NCBI GenBank assembly: GCA_035340095.1
Contig: DAORGN010000001.1
Coordinates: 2,218 to 66,217, forward strand
Reading direction: 5' to 3'
Length of the DNA stretch: 64,000 bases
From: Pseudomonadota bacterium
GTDB taxonomy: Bacteria > Myxococcota_A > Polyangia > Palsa-1104 > JAEUJZ01
Both the position numbers and the translations under genes were made by a program. Position 1 is the stretch's first letter. Every line of letters begins with the position of its first letter. Of this stretch, positions 1 to 9,354 are shown in pieces. The notes below the pieces were generated by a model. The model was not told the origin of the DNA and did not search any database. It saw only the letters and a program-made list of their open reading frames with translations.

Positions 1-1040
1 ACTGCATGCACCACCAGAAAGGCTCCGATGTTGGTCACGGCATAGCCGCACAGATAAAACAGGAGCATCCCCAGCGCATACGCATTTCCGACGCCCAGCG
101 CGAGCAGCATGTAGCCAATCTGGGCGACGCCGGAATAACCGAGGAGCCGCTTCACATTCTTTTGCGGCAGCGCCATCAAGTTGCCCACCGTCATTGTCAG
201 CAGCGACAGACCCAAGATCGCCGGCTGCCACAGCGCTTGCGGCGCCGCTTTTTGTGACAGCACCGTCAGCGTGATAAGGCCTGCCGCTTTGGGGGCCACC
301 GATAGGAACGTCACCATCGGGGTCATCGCACCTTGGTAGGTATCGGGAACCCACATGTGAAACGGCACCGCGCCAATCTTGAAACCCATACCGCCGAGCA
401 CGAGCAGCATTCCCATCATCGACAGCGCACTGGGTGGGGCCGCCAGCAGGGCTTCAAGCTGCGTGCTTCCAGCGGAGCCAATGAGAAGTGACAGACCAAA
501 CATCGTCACCGTCGTTGATGCCCCGCCGACCAGATACAGCTTCAGACCGGCTTCTGCCCCGCGGCGCAGCACCGCTTGGCGTTTTTCCGGGGTCGATTCT
601 TCGCGTGAAAGCGCCGCGAGAATGTAGAGCGGAATGCCCATCAGCTCGAAGCTGACGACGAGCAAGATCAGGTCACGCACGCCCGGCAGCAGCATCATTC
701 CACAAAGACACATGAGAACCAGGAAGTGATACTCGCCTTGCTTCTTTGTGAAGGTCTGTGACAGCCATTCCTTCCCACCGAGCACGCAGAGCAGCGTCGC
801 AAACAGCAGGATCTGTTTGACCAGCACCGAAAACGCGCTTCCCACGTAGACGCTGCCGATGCTGCCTGTGCCATCGAGCTGGGTCGTCAGGTAGAGCGCA
901 ACCGCCAAAAACAGCGCTGTCAGCGTCGACAGGTGTTTCCGCGCGGCGTCCGGCAGATACATGTCCACAAGCAGCAGCAGCAAGGCCGAACCGGCGACAA
1001 ACAGATCGACCCAGATGGGCTGCAAAAGTTGGAAGCTCAT
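1..1040 (-). CDS. nuoN: NADH-quinone oxidoreductase subunit N (N-terminal part; gene runs off the left window edge)
   Basis: Absent from the ORF track because it is open at the window edge. My own minus-strand translation from the ATG overlapping the nuoM stop (ATGA) reads MSFQLLQPIWVDLFVAGSALLLLLVDMYLPDAARKH... It continues as a polytopic membrane protein containing ...KRLLGYSGVAQIGYMLLALG..., the antiporter-like ND2/NuoN pattern. It is the last gene of the nuo cluster. Confidence 0.8.
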   Translation of the reverse strand, partial: MSFQLLQPIWVDLFVAGSALLLLLVDMYLPDAARKHLSTLTALFLAVALYLTTQLDGTGSIGSVYVGSAFSVLVKQILLFATLLCVLGGKEWLSQTFTKKQGEYHFLVLMCLCGMMLLPGVRDLILLVVSFELMGIPLYILAALSREESTPEKRQAVLRRGAEAGLKLYLVGGASTTVTMFGLSLLIGSAGSTQLEALLAAPPSALSMMGMLLVLGGMGFKIGAVPFHMWVPDTYQGAMTPMVTFLSVAPKAAGLITLTVLSQKAAPQALWQPAILGLSLLTMTVGNLMALPQKNVKRLLGYSGVAQIGYMLLALGVGNAYALGMLLFYLCGYAVTNIGAFLVVHA

Positions 1041-2590
1041 GGAAGCACCCCCACCGGGAGCACAGAGCCCAAGGCCATGCGCAGATAGTTGGTCGTCGTC
1101 GGATCAATGAAGTCGAGCAGAAGCCGCGGCCAGATTCCGCACAAAAGCAGCGTGCCACCCAAGATCCAAAGCGGCGCCCATTCGATTTTTCGGACATCGC
1201 GCAGATCATGAAAGTGATCGCTTGGACCGTCGCCAAAGAACACCGCACGCGACACCCGCAGCACATACACCGCGGTGACAAACGCTCCGATGACGCCGCA
1301 GATCGACCACCACGGACGCGGACTCTGCCAGCCGCCTGCGAACACCAAGAACTCGGCGACAAAACCCGCGGTGCCTGGCAGTCCAAGCGAGGACAGACCC
1401 GCCAGCGTGAAGAACGCAGCGACGCCCGGCATCACCGTGGCAAAGCCTCCCATTTTGGCGACTTCGCGGCTGTGGGCTCGTTCATAGATGTGCCCGACCA
1501 GTGCGAAGAACAGGCCGGTCATGATGCCGTGCGCGAACATTTGGTAGACCGCGCCGTTCCAGCCCGACTGGGTCAGCGTCGCCGCTCCGAGCATCACCAC
1601 GCCCATGTGACTGACCGACGAGTAGGCGATGATGTACTTGAGGTCTTTTTGCGACAGCGCTGACATCGCGCCATACACGACGTTTACGACCGCAACACCA
1701 CCGACGATGGGGGCCCAGAACTGGGCTCCGTCCGGCAGCATCATCATGCCAATCCGCATCACGCCAAACGCGCCCAGCTTCATCAGCACACCCGCGTGGA
1801 GCATCGACACTGCCGTCGGTGCAGATGCGTGACCATCGGGCGACCAAGTGTGAAATGGAAACACGCCAGCGAGCGATCCAAAGCCGAGCCAGAACATCAC
1901 GAACGTCCAGATTTGCAGGCTCTTTGGATAGTGCGCTTTGGCCAGCACCGCCATGTCGAACGTCCCCGCTCCCGACGAAAAGTACAGCGCCAGGAGTCCG
2001 ACCAGGATAAACGCCGAACCGACCAGCAGCATCAGCGTCAGCTTCATCGCGGCGTATTCGCGCCCGCCGATGTCAAACCACTTCCAGACAAAACGCAGCG
2101 GGCCGGCCTCGGTGACTTTGTGGCTCGATCCCCAGATGCCGATGAGCAGATACATCGGCAGCACCGCGATTTCGTAAAACAGGAAGAACACAAACAGGTC
2201 TTGCGCGACGAACACGCCGAAGACGCCAGCGACCAGCACGAGCAGCAGCACGAAGAACTCTTTGGGCCGGTCGGCAAGTCCGAAGCTCGCAAGCACACCG
2301 GCAAAGATGATGACGCCGGTCAAAATCAGCAGCGAGACACCCCAACCGTCGACGGCCAGCCGCAGATCAATGCCAAGCTGCGGCACCAGTGGATAGACTT
2401 CGGAAAGCTGGAAACCGCTCGCTTGCGGATTGTAAAGCTGCGCGACATACAGACTGCCGAGCAGCGACAAAAACGCGCCAAGTGCCGACACAAGACGGAT
2501 CAGCGTGTGCTGCTTGGGCGGCAGCATCATGACAACAAGCGCAGCGACCATCGGGGCCGCCACAATCAAGGAAAGGATGTGCTCGGTCAT
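1037..2590 (-). CDS. nuoM: NADH-quinone oxidoreductase subunit M
   Basis: ORF 1037..2629. The likely true start is the internal MTEHILSLIVAAP (ATGA overlap with the nuoL stop). It is a long polytopic antiporter-like protein (…FHTWSPDGHASAPTAVSMLHAGVLMKLG…) sitting between nuoL and nuoN. Confidence 0.9.
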   Translation of the reverse strand: MTEHILSLIVAAPMVAALVVMMLPPKQHTLIRLVSALGAFLSLLGSLYVAQLYNPQASGFQLSEVYPLVPQLGIDLRLAVDGWGVSLLILTGVIIFAGVLASFGLADRPKEFFVLLLVLVAGVFGVFVAQDLFVFFLFYEIAVLPMYLLIGIWGSSHKVTEAGPLRFVWKWFDIGGREYAAMKLTLMLLVGSAFILVGLLALYFSSGAGTFDMAVLAKAHYPKSLQIWTFVMFWLGFGSLAGVFPFHTWSPDGHASAPTAVSMLHAGVLMKLGAFGVMRIGMMMLPDGAQFWAPIVGGVAVVNVVYGAMSALSQKDLKYIIAYSSVSHMGVVMLGAATLTQSGWNGAVYQMFAHGIMTGLFFALVGHIYERAHSREVAKMGGFATVMPGVAAFFTLAGLSSLGLPGTAGFVAEFLVFAGGWQSPRPWWSICGVIGAFVTAVYVLRVSRAVFFGDGPSDHFHDLRDVRKIEWAPLWILGGTLLLCGIWPRLLLDFIDPTTTNYLRMALGSVLPVGVLP

Positions 2591-4392
2591 CGCAGCACCC
2601 CGTAAAGGACAAGCAGAAGCACCCCGCACACCGTCGCCAGCACATAGTCTGTCGCGATGCCGGTCTGGACTCTGCGGATTTTTTGGCCGGACACCACAAA
2701 GGCAAGCCCGGTCAGGTTCATGATGCCGTCGATCAGATAGCGATCGATCCAGCCAATCAGCGCTGCAAACGGCAGTGCGACGCGGTGGAATCCCCCTGCA
2801 TACAGCCGGTCCATGGGTCCGTATTCGACAAGCCGTGCGATGGGGGCGAGCAGGGCAGGGTGTTCATCGCTGCGGCGGTACAGCAGATACGCAAGCCCAA
2901 GTCCCAAAAGACCCAGCCCAGCCGCGATGATTCCCGTCGTGCCCAAGTGGAAGTGGTACGCGCTGCCGTATAGCTGTCCAAACATCTTGCCCAAGTACCC
3001 AGCAGCGAGCGCCGGCACCGCCAGCAGCAGAAGCGGCAGAATCAGCACCGCGCTGCTTTCATGGGCGTGGCTCGCTTTTTCCGTCGCTTGCGCAAAGAAC
3101 ACGCGCACAAGCAGCCGCCCCATGTAAAACGCGGTCAAAAACGCCGAGATCAGCAGAAACACAAGCTGCCAGGACACGCCATGCTCACCAACGGCTTCGA
3201 TGATCAGGTCTTTGCTAAAAAACCCTGACAGACCCGGCAGCCCCATCAGCGACAGCGATCCAATCAGGAACGTCACCGTCGTCAGCGGCATCTTGCGGGC
3301 GAGTCCTCCCATGTCACGCATGTCATTTGAGTGAACCGCGTGAATCACACTGCCGGCGCCAAGGAACAGCAGCGCTTTGAAAAACGCATGCGTCGTCAGG
3401 TGGAAAAATCCACCGAGCAAAGACCCGGCTCCAAGCGCCGCAATCATGTAGCCGAGCTGGGAACAGGTCGAATACGCGAGCACTTTTTTGATGTCGTTTT
3501 GGAATAGCGCCATCGTCGCTGCGATAAGTGCCGTCACGCTTCCCACCGCCAGCATGATCTGTCGCGTTCCCTGCGCCAGTTCAAAAAGTGGCCAGCCGCG
3601 CACGATCAGAAACACGCCTGCTGCGACCATTGTGGCTGCATGCAGCAGCGCCGACACCGGCGTCGGACCTTCCATGGCATCGGGAAGCCAGACATGCAGC
3701 GGAAACTGCGCTGACTTTCCCATCACCGCGACAAACAAAAGCAGCGTCACCAGGTTGGCCGCCGACGGTGCAATCTGCACATCCCAGTCAAAGCTGCCGG
3801 CCTTGCTGCGCAACACCAAAAGACCGATGAGGAGTCCCATGTCGGCAAACTTGGTGACCCAGAAGGCTTTGACTGCGGCTTTGGCGGCGCTCGGTTTTTT
3901 GAAGTAGTAACCGATCAGCAGGTAACTGGTCACACCGACGAGCTCCCAGCCCAAAAAGAGCTGCAAAAGATTCGGTGCCAGCACCAGGATGTTCATCGCG
4001 GTCAGAAACAGCGAGTGATACGTGAAGTAGCGTCCCTGCGCTTCCTTGGATTCATCGTGCATGTAGCCGATCGAAAAAATCTGCACGCATGACGCCACGA
4101 ACGTCACCACCAGCAGCATCGACGCGGAAATTCCGTCAATGCGCAGACCAATTTCGGCGAGCGGTGCTCCTGCTTGGGGCAGCCACGGCACCGTCCAAAG
4201 CTGCGGCGGCGTCGGCGTAAGCTGTCCCAAGACGAGCAGAATCGCCGATCCAAGCGAAGTCAGCGCCGCCAGCACCGAAAACACAATCGCCGTCACGCGG
4301 TGCCGCAGGGCTGGTACTGTTGCCAGCAGCAGCGCCACCGCTCCGGGCAAGAGCAGCGCGATGAGCGCGAGCGAGTAAGCAGAGTGAAACAT
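2587..4392 (-). CDS. nuoL: NADH-quinone oxidoreductase subunit L
   Basis: 601-aa ORF with the typical NuoL/ND5 core (…GWELVGVTSYLLIGYYF…, …SAQFPLHVWLPDAMEGPTPVSALLHAATMVAAGVFL…). The C-terminal extension is consistent with the lateral helix. Confidence 0.92.
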   Translation of the reverse strand: MFHSAYSLALIALLLPGAVALLLATVPALRHRVTAIVFSVLAALTSLGSAILLVLGQLTPTPPQLWTVPWLPQAGAPLAEIGLRIDGISASMLLVVTFVASCVQIFSIGYMHDESKEAQGRYFTYHSLFLTAMNILVLAPNLLQLFLGWELVGVTSYLLIGYYFKKPSAAKAAVKAFWVTKFADMGLLIGLLVLRSKAGSFDWDVQIAPSAANLVTLLLFVAVMGKSAQFPLHVWLPDAMEGPTPVSALLHAATMVAAGVFLIVRGWPLFELAQGTRQIMLAVGSVTALIAATMALFQNDIKKVLAYSTCSQLGYMIAALGAGSLLGGFFHLTTHAFFKALLFLGAGSVIHAVHSNDMRDMGGLARKMPLTTVTFLIGSLSLMGLPGLSGFFSKDLIIEAVGEHGVSWQLVFLLISAFLTAFYMGRLLVRVFFAQATEKASHAHESSAVLILPLLLLAVPALAAGYLGKMFGQLYGSAYHFHLGTTGIIAAGLGLLGLGLAYLLYRRSDEHPALLAPIARLVEYGPMDRLYAGGFHRVALPFAALIGWIDRYLIDGIMNLTGLAFVVSGQKIRRVQTGIATDYVLATVCGVLLLVLYGVLR

Positions 4393-4404
4393 CGCGGGTG
4401 TCTC

Positions 4405-4704
4405 CTACTCTTTGAATTCGCTCGCCCGGCTTACTTGCGCGTCGCGGTAAGCCCGGTGAACAAGGATGACAATCGCGAGTCCGACCACCACTTCGGTGAC
4501 GGTGAGCGCGATCGAAAACAGCGCAAACACCTGGCCGATTCCGTCGCCGCGGAAGCGCGAAAACGATACCAGGTTGATGTTGGTCGCATTGGCCATAAGC
4601 TCCAAAGACAGAAGGAGTCCGATGGCGTGGCGGTGCGTAAGCAGTCCGTAAAGACCGATGCAGAACAGCGCCGCCGACAGGGTGAGGCACAGACCGAGTG
4701 TCAT
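4405..4704 (-). CDS. nuoK: NADH-quinone oxidoreductase subunit K
   Basis: 99-aa three-helix membrane protein (…LLSLELMANATNINLV…) in the position between nuoJ and nuoL. Confidence 0.9.
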   Translation of the reverse strand: MTLGLCLTLSAALFCIGLYGLLTHRHAIGLLLSLELMANATNINLVSFSRFRGDGIGQVFALFSIALTVTEVVVGLAIVILVHRAYRDAQVSRASEFKE

Positions 4705-5213
4705 CGTCCATCCTCCGAAATCTGCGCGGGACGATCACGGCGGAGCAGCACAATCGCGCCAATCATCGTCGCGAGCAGCAGAAGGGACAGCGCTTCAAAC
4801 GAAAGCGCATGATCGACAAGCAGCAGTTTCGCAAGCTGCTGGGTCGACGCAGGCGGCGCGTCGCGGGCTGGCAGATCCGGAGTCGACTGAATCGCTTTCA
4901 CCAGCATCCCCAGCATCGCCAGCGCGAGCACTGCGGCAACATACGGTTTCTTGTGCGGCAGCGCGGCTTCCTTCTGATCGTGGCGCGTCAGCATCACACC
5001 AAGGATCATCAGCGTCATCACGCCACCGACGTACAGAAGCACTTGAATGCCCGCGAGCAGCGGCGCTTTGAGCATGGCGTACAGCACCGCGGTTGCACCA
5101 AGCACCACACCAAGCCACAGCACGCCGTGAATTGCGCTTTTTGCCCGCGCAACCAAAAGGGCCGCCAGCACAATGCAGCCAGCGACGAGGCCAAAGCCGA
5201 CTTGCTCGATCAT
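4701..5213 (-). CDS. nuoJ: NADH-quinone oxidoreductase subunit J
   Basis: Internal start MIEQVGFGLVAGCIV within ORF 4701..5858, with an ATGA overlap with the nuoI stop. It is a 170-aa membrane protein with …GIQVLLYVGGVMTLMILGVML…. The upstream part of the listed ORF is an Arg/Gly-rich out-of-frame read-through of nuoI. Confidence 0.88.
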   Translation of the reverse strand: MIEQVGFGLVAGCIVLAALLVARAKSAIHGVLWLGVVLGATAVLYAMLKAPLLAGIQVLLYVGGVMTLMILGVMLTRHDQKEAALPHKKPYVAAVLALAMLGMLVKAIQSTPDLPARDAPPASTQQLAKLLLVDHALSFEALSLLLLATMIGAIVLLRRDRPAQISEDGR

Positions 5214-6016
5214 GGGGCCTCCTTTGGGTCGGTTTTTTGTTCTGCGGTGTCCGTTTTTTGTTCTGCCTGCGCACTCACCGGGGAAGCCGGAGCGGTCTGT
5301 TTGGCCGCGGCTTCCGCAGCCACCGCAGGCTTTGCGTCCGTCGCTGGTGCCGGTTCCTTGGCAGAATCCGTGGTCGCGACCGCGGTTTCTTTTGCTGCCG
5401 CAGGTGCCGCTTCTTTGGCGGGTTCGGCAGCGGCTTTGGCAGCTTTTGCTTTGGCGACTCTCTTGGGTTTTTCTGCGCCAGCTTCCGCCGATTTTTCGTC
5501 CCCCGCGGCTTCCGCTGGCTTGGCTTTGCCGCGCGCCGGATCTTGCATTTCCATCAGCTTGCCGCCGGTTCCCCACGACAGCGGCTTTTGCTTCTGGTTT
5601 TCGTACAGCTTGTCCATCGTAAGGACCAAGTCTTCCCGACAGTATCCGGGCTGCTCGGGCGCACGACACATCACAATCGCGTCGGTGGGACAGACCTGGA
5701 CGCACAGCTCGCAGAAGATGCAGGCTTCCAAATCGAGCGTGAAGTCTTCCGCATAGCCGCGCTTTTTGCCGGTGACTTTCGATTCCCGCTTGGGTGCCTG
5801 TTTGATGGCAATCACTTGCGAAGGACAGATCCGCTCGCAGGCCAGACAGCCGATGCACGCTTCGTCGCCGGTTTCATCAATCAGCAGCGCAAAGCTTACG
5901 CGATGGCGTTCTGGACGGGGCCGGATGACTTCCGGATATTCGACGGTGACCGCCGGTCTTAGGAAGTTTGTCAGCGTGGTTTTGAGTGCGCGGAAGGAAT
6001 CGCCAAAAAATCCCAT
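5210..6016 (-). CDS. nuoI: NADH-quinone oxidoreductase subunit I (2x[4Fe-4S] ferredoxin-type) with a roughly 130-aa Ala/Lys/Glu/Pro-rich C-terminal extension
   Basis: Internal start MGFFGDSFRALKTTLTNFLRP in ORF 5210..6742, 3 nt after the nuoH stop. Two CxxCxxCxxxCP motifs are present (CIGCLACERICP and CIFCELCVQVCP). The C-terminus is low complexity (…KAKPAEAAGDEKSAEAGAEKPKRVAKAKAAKAAAEPAKEAAPAAAKE…). Confidence 0.9.
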   Translation of the reverse strand: MGFFGDSFRALKTTLTNFLRPAVTVEYPEVIRPRPERHRVSFALLIDETGDEACIGCLACERICPSQVIAIKQAPKRESKVTGKKRGYAEDFTLDLEACIFCELCVQVCPTDAIVMCRAPEQPGYCREDLVLTMDKLYENQKQKPLSWGTGGKLMEMQDPARGKAKPAEAAGDEKSAEAGAEKPKRVAKAKAAKAAAEPAKEAAPAAAKETAVATTDSAKEPAPATDAKPAVAAEAAAKQTAPASPVSAQAEQKTDTAEQKTDPKEAP

Positions 6017-6018
6017 CG

Positions 6019-6987
6019 CTAGCCTCCCACCTTCGCAAACGCCGCTGCTGCCATCACAAGCAGCAGACTCACCGGCACAAGCCACTTCCAGCACAGCGTC
6101 ATCAGTTGATCGGACCGGAAGCGCAGGAGCGACCACCGCACCCAATAAATCGACGCAAACAGCAGCAGCGTCTTTAGCACCATCCAGTGCAGCCCCGGAA
6201 ACACCGGTCCATCCCAGCCACCCAGGAACAGCGCCGACGCCACCGCCGACGCCACCAGCGTGTGGATGTATTCCGCCATGTAAAACAGACCGAACTTCAT
6301 GCCGGTGTACTCGGTGGTGATGCCGGCGATCAGCTCGCTTTCTGCTTCCGGAATGTCGAAAGGAATCCGGTTGGCTTCGGCCAGCGATGACAGAAAAAAC
6401 AGCACAAACGCCGGCAGACCGGGCAGCGTCGGCCAGCACGCCACCCAGTGATGATCGATTTGGTAGCGCACGATGTCGGAAAGACTCATCGAGCCGGCCA
6501 AAATCACCGGCACCAGCGCCGACAGCACCATCGGCACCGAATAGGAAACCGACTGCGCGACCGCTCGCATTGCACCAATCAGCGCAAACTTGTTGTTCGA
6601 CGCCCAGCCGCCCATCCACACCGGAATCAGCACCAGCGCATTGGCGGCCAACACGTACAGCACACCGATGTCCAGATCCGCGGCCACCACCGACGGTGAA
6701 AATGGCACGACTGCCGCAGTTGCCACGGCAAACGCACCACACAGAATCGGCGCCAGTTCAAACAGCGGACGATCGGCGGCGGCTGGCGTGACGTGCTCTT
6801 TTTGCAGCATCTTCACCACGTCGGCCAGCGGCTGCAGGATTCCTGCCGGTCCCACCATCGTCGGTCCCATGCGACTCTGGATGCGCGCGGCAAACTTGCG
6901 TTCAAACCACAGACCAATCGCAGTCACCGTCAGCACAACAGTGATGATCGGCAGACCATAGAGAATGCCGTGAAGAAGTGCGTTCAC
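6019..6987 (-). CDS. nuoH: NADH-quinone oxidoreductase subunit H
   Basis: 322-aa polytopic protein with the ND1/NuoH pattern (…RKFAARIQSRMGPTMVGPAGILQPLADVVKML…, …EAESELIAGITTEYTGMKFGLFYMAEY…). Its start overlaps the nuoD stop. Confidence 0.92.
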   Translation of the reverse strand: MNALLHGILYGLPIITVVLTVTAIGLWFERKFAARIQSRMGPTMVGPAGILQPLADVVKMLQKEHVTPAAADRPLFELAPILCGAFAVATAAVVPFSPSVVAADLDIGVLYVLAANALVLIPVWMGGWASNNKFALIGAMRAVAQSVSYSVPMVLSALVPVILAGSMSLSDIVRYQIDHHWVACWPTLPGLPAFVLFFLSSLAEANRIPFDIPEAESELIAGITTEYTGMKFGLFYMAEYIHTLVASAVASALFLGGWDGPVFPGLHWMVLKTLLLFASIYWVRWSLLRFRSDQLMTLCWKWLVPVSLLLVMAAAAFAKVGG

Positions 6988-8171
6988 CTGTCCACCTCTC
7001 CCATGATGGGGTCCAGCGAGCCGAGGATGACGACAGCATCGGCGACGACGTGACCGGGCAAAAGATAGGGCAGCGCCGACAGCGCATGGAAGCTGGGCGG
7101 GCGAATCTTTAAGCGGTACGGACTCGCATTCCCATCGCCACCACCGGCAATCACATAGGTGCCCAGCTCACCGCGGGATGATTCCATCGCCGCGTAAACC
7201 TGACCCTGTGCGACTTTGACCTGTCCGACGAGCTTGATCGGTTTGTAGCCACAGATCGGACCTTCAGGAACCGCATCGATCATGGCGCGGACAATCCGGA
7301 TGCTTTCACGTAGCTCCGCAAGTCGCACCACCGATCGAGCCCAGCAGTCGCCTTCCTTTGCCGTCGCTACGTTGACTTCGATTTCATCGTAAGCGTGATA
7401 CGGGGCATCGCGGCGCAGATCATGATCGACACCGCTGGCGCGCAGAATGGGTCCGCTAAGACCCAGTTCCAGCGCAAGTTCTCCGTCGAGAACGCCGATT
7501 CCTTTGGTCCGTTCGCTGAAGATTTTGTTCGCGAGCGTGATGCTTTCGTATTCCGAAAGTCGCGACTCGATCACCTGCAGCGCTTTTTTCACTCCGTCGG
7601 CAAAGCCCGGCGTAATGTCGTGCCGATTGCCGCCGATGGTGTGCGTGTTGTAGTGGAAGCGCGCGCCGGTGACTTCCTCGAACAGATCCAGAATCATCTC
7701 GCGTTCGCGGAAGCAGTGCAGAAACACCGACGCACCACCACCGATTGCACCACCGAGATCGAGCGCAAACGTACCCAGCCACAGAAGATGTGACGCGATG
7801 CGCTGAAGCTCTGCAAAAATGGTCCGCAGATAGCGTGCCCGTCGCGGAACTTCGACGCCGAGCAGCTTTTCGAACGCCATGTTGATCGCCTGCTCGTTGT
7901 GCATCGGCGATACGTAGTCGTTCTTGTCGACGATTGGCGTGACCTGCACATAGGTCAGTCGCTCGCACAGCTTTTCGACGCCGCGATGCAGATAGCCAAG
8001 ATCCGGAACCGCTTTGATGATCTTTTCGCCATCCAGATAAAGCTGCATCCGGAACACCCCGTGCGTCGACGGGTGCTGCGGTCCGAAGTTCAGCACCATC
8101 AGGTCTGCTTCGGGTTCATACAGATCCAGCTTGAGGTGTGGATTTTGCCGTTTGATTTGCACAAGACTCAT
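6984..8171 (-). CDS. nuoD: NADH-quinone oxidoreductase subunit D (49-kDa subunit)
   Basis: Internal start MSLVQIKRQNPHLKLD in ORF 6984..8429. Typical NuoD motifs are present: …LNFGPQHPSTHGVFRM…, …GYLHRGVEKL…, and the C-terminal …ILGSLDPIMGEVDR. It is followed directly by nuoH, with no nuoE/F/G between. Confidence 0.92.
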   Translation of the reverse strand: MSLVQIKRQNPHLKLDLYEPEADLMVLNFGPQHPSTHGVFRMQLYLDGEKIIKAVPDLGYLHRGVEKLCERLTYVQVTPIVDKNDYVSPMHNEQAINMAFEKLLGVEVPRRARYLRTIFAELQRIASHLLWLGTFALDLGGAIGGGASVFLHCFREREMILDLFEEVTGARFHYNTHTIGGNRHDITPGFADGVKKALQVIESRLSEYESITLANKIFSERTKGIGVLDGELALELGLSGPILRASGVDHDLRRDAPYHAYDEIEVNVATAKEGDCWARSVVRLAELRESIRIVRAMIDAVPEGPICGYKPIKLVGQVKVAQGQVYAAMESSRGELGTYVIAGGGDGNASPYRLKIRPPSFHALSALPYLLPGHVVADAVVILGSLDPIMGEVDR

Positions 8172-8175
8172 CGGC

Positions 8176-9354
8176 TTACCTCCACGGGGCACACGGTGCG
8201 TCGGCGGCGTGATCACGGCGCAGTGGGAAACCGGAATAGTCGTGCGGCAAAAGGATGCGGCGCAAATCCGGATGTCCGGCAAAGCGCACACCGACGAGAT
8301 CGAACTGCTCGCGTTCTTGCCAATCGGCCCCGGCAAAGACGCCATACAGCGAGTCAATTCCGTCGGGTGATTCAAAGCGGACCCGCCACAACGCAAGCTG
8401 CGAGCCTTTTCCCGTCGTGCGCAGCCCATACATCACTTCGTACTGCTCGGGCTTTTTGACGTTCCCTTCGCTGTCTTTTTCACCCGGATAATGCGACGCC
8501 ACGACGGTCACAAGCTGACGGAAGCCTTTTTTCTTGAGCGTCTGGGCCAAGTCGCGATGTCTGTCCACGGGAACGAGCGGTGGCGCATCTTTGGGAAATT
8601 CGCTGACGCCGTGCGCACGCAACATGGCTTCGAGATCGCCATCTGGTGACACTTGGGTGTCACTTGTCGTCGCAGGTCGCGGCGCAGTGGGCGCTTCGAG
8701 CAGCGGATCAGAACCCGCGACTTTCATCGCGCTCTGGAGCTGCGCTTCATCGGTTTTGGGATCACGCGCCGGATCGCCGAGCCGACGCAGCGCCGGCATG
8801 ATCATCTTGGCCGTCTCAGGCCGCGTTTCCTTCTGCGTCCACTTGCCCGCGCGCTGCAGTCGCACTTTTTCCTGAAGCCGCAGCATTCCTGCCATCAGCG
8901 CTTCGGGATTGGGCGGACAGCCTGGCACATAAACATCGACCGGCAGGAACGTATCTATTCCCGGAACCGTCGGATACAGGTCTCGATAAAAGTCCCCCGA
9001 GATGGCACAGGAACCCATCGCGATGCACCACTTGGGTTCCGGCATCAGATCCCACAGCTTTTTCACCCGTGGCGCCATCTTCACGGTGATCGTGCCGGCG
9101 ACGACCATCACATCGGCTTGTCGTGGCGTGCCGCGCACGATGGTGCCCATGCGGTCGATGTCGACGCGGCTTGCGGCGGTTGCCATCAGCTCGATGCCGC
9201 AGCAGCTCGTCGCCATTGGGAACACCCACAGCGAATTGGTCAGTCCCCAGGTAAGCAGCTTGTCGACTTGGCCCGTCGCCACTGACAGACCGGGCACCCC
9301 CATCATGAAGTCATAGAGCGGGTGCGAAAACGGCAGGTTGTCCTCTATTGCCAT
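8176..9354 (-). CDS. nuoBC: Fused NADH-quinone oxidoreductase subunits B and C (20-kDa plus 30-kDa subunits)
   Basis: Internal start MAIEDNLPFSHP in ORF 8176..9456, overlapping the nuoA 3' end. The N-terminal half is NuoB with the N2-cluster cysteines (…PMATSCCGIE…, …MGSCAISG…, …VPGCPPNP…). The C-terminal roughly 150 aa is NuoC-like (…YEVMYGLRT…LWRVRF…DSLYGVFAGADWQEREQFDLVGVRFAGHPDLRRILLP…). A roughly 70-aa low-complexity linker joins them. Confidence 0.85.
   Translation of the reverse strand: MAIEDNLPFSHPLYDFMMGVPGLSVATGQVDKLLTWGLTNSLWVFPMATSCCGIELMATAASRVDIDRMGTIVRGTPRQADVMVVAGTITVKMAPRVKKLWDLMPEPKWCIAMGSCAISGDFYRDLYPTVPGIDTFLPVDVYVPGCPPNPEALMAGMLRLQEKVRLQRAGKWTQKETRPETAKMIMPALRRLGDPARDPKTDEAQLQSAMKVAGSDPLLEAPTAPRPATTSDTQVSPDGDLEAMLRAHGVSEFPKDAPPLVPVDRHRDLAQTLKKKGFRQLVTVVASHYPGEKDSEGNVKKPEQYEVMYGLRTTGKGSQLALWRVRFESPDGIDSLYGVFAGADWQEREQFDLVGVRFAGHPDLRRILLPHDYSGFPLRRDHAADAPCAPWR

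Noticed and set aside
673-1386. 237-aa minus-strand ORF spanning the nuoM/nuoN junction
   Set aside because: It is out of frame relative to nuoM and nuoN, and its sequence is Arg/Cys/Ser-rich. The true frames are identified by conserved antiporter-like motifs.
4698-5756. 352-aa plus-strand ORF, together with 5093..5962 and 5173..5622
   Set aside because: It is antisense to nuoJ and nuoI. Its composition is Arg/Ala/Ser-rich and repetitive, typical of the mirror frame of a GC-rich gene. The minus strand carries unmistakable NuoI and NuoJ motifs.
6017-6742. 5' extension of the nuoI ORF (242 extra codons); similar extensions of nuoD (8172..8429), nuoJ (5214..5858) and nuoBC (9355..9456)
   Set aside because: These extensions overlap the upstream nuo genes in another frame and have Gly/Arg/Cys-rich nonsense composition. 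Internal ATGs placed at or next to the upstream stop codons give normal subunit lengths.
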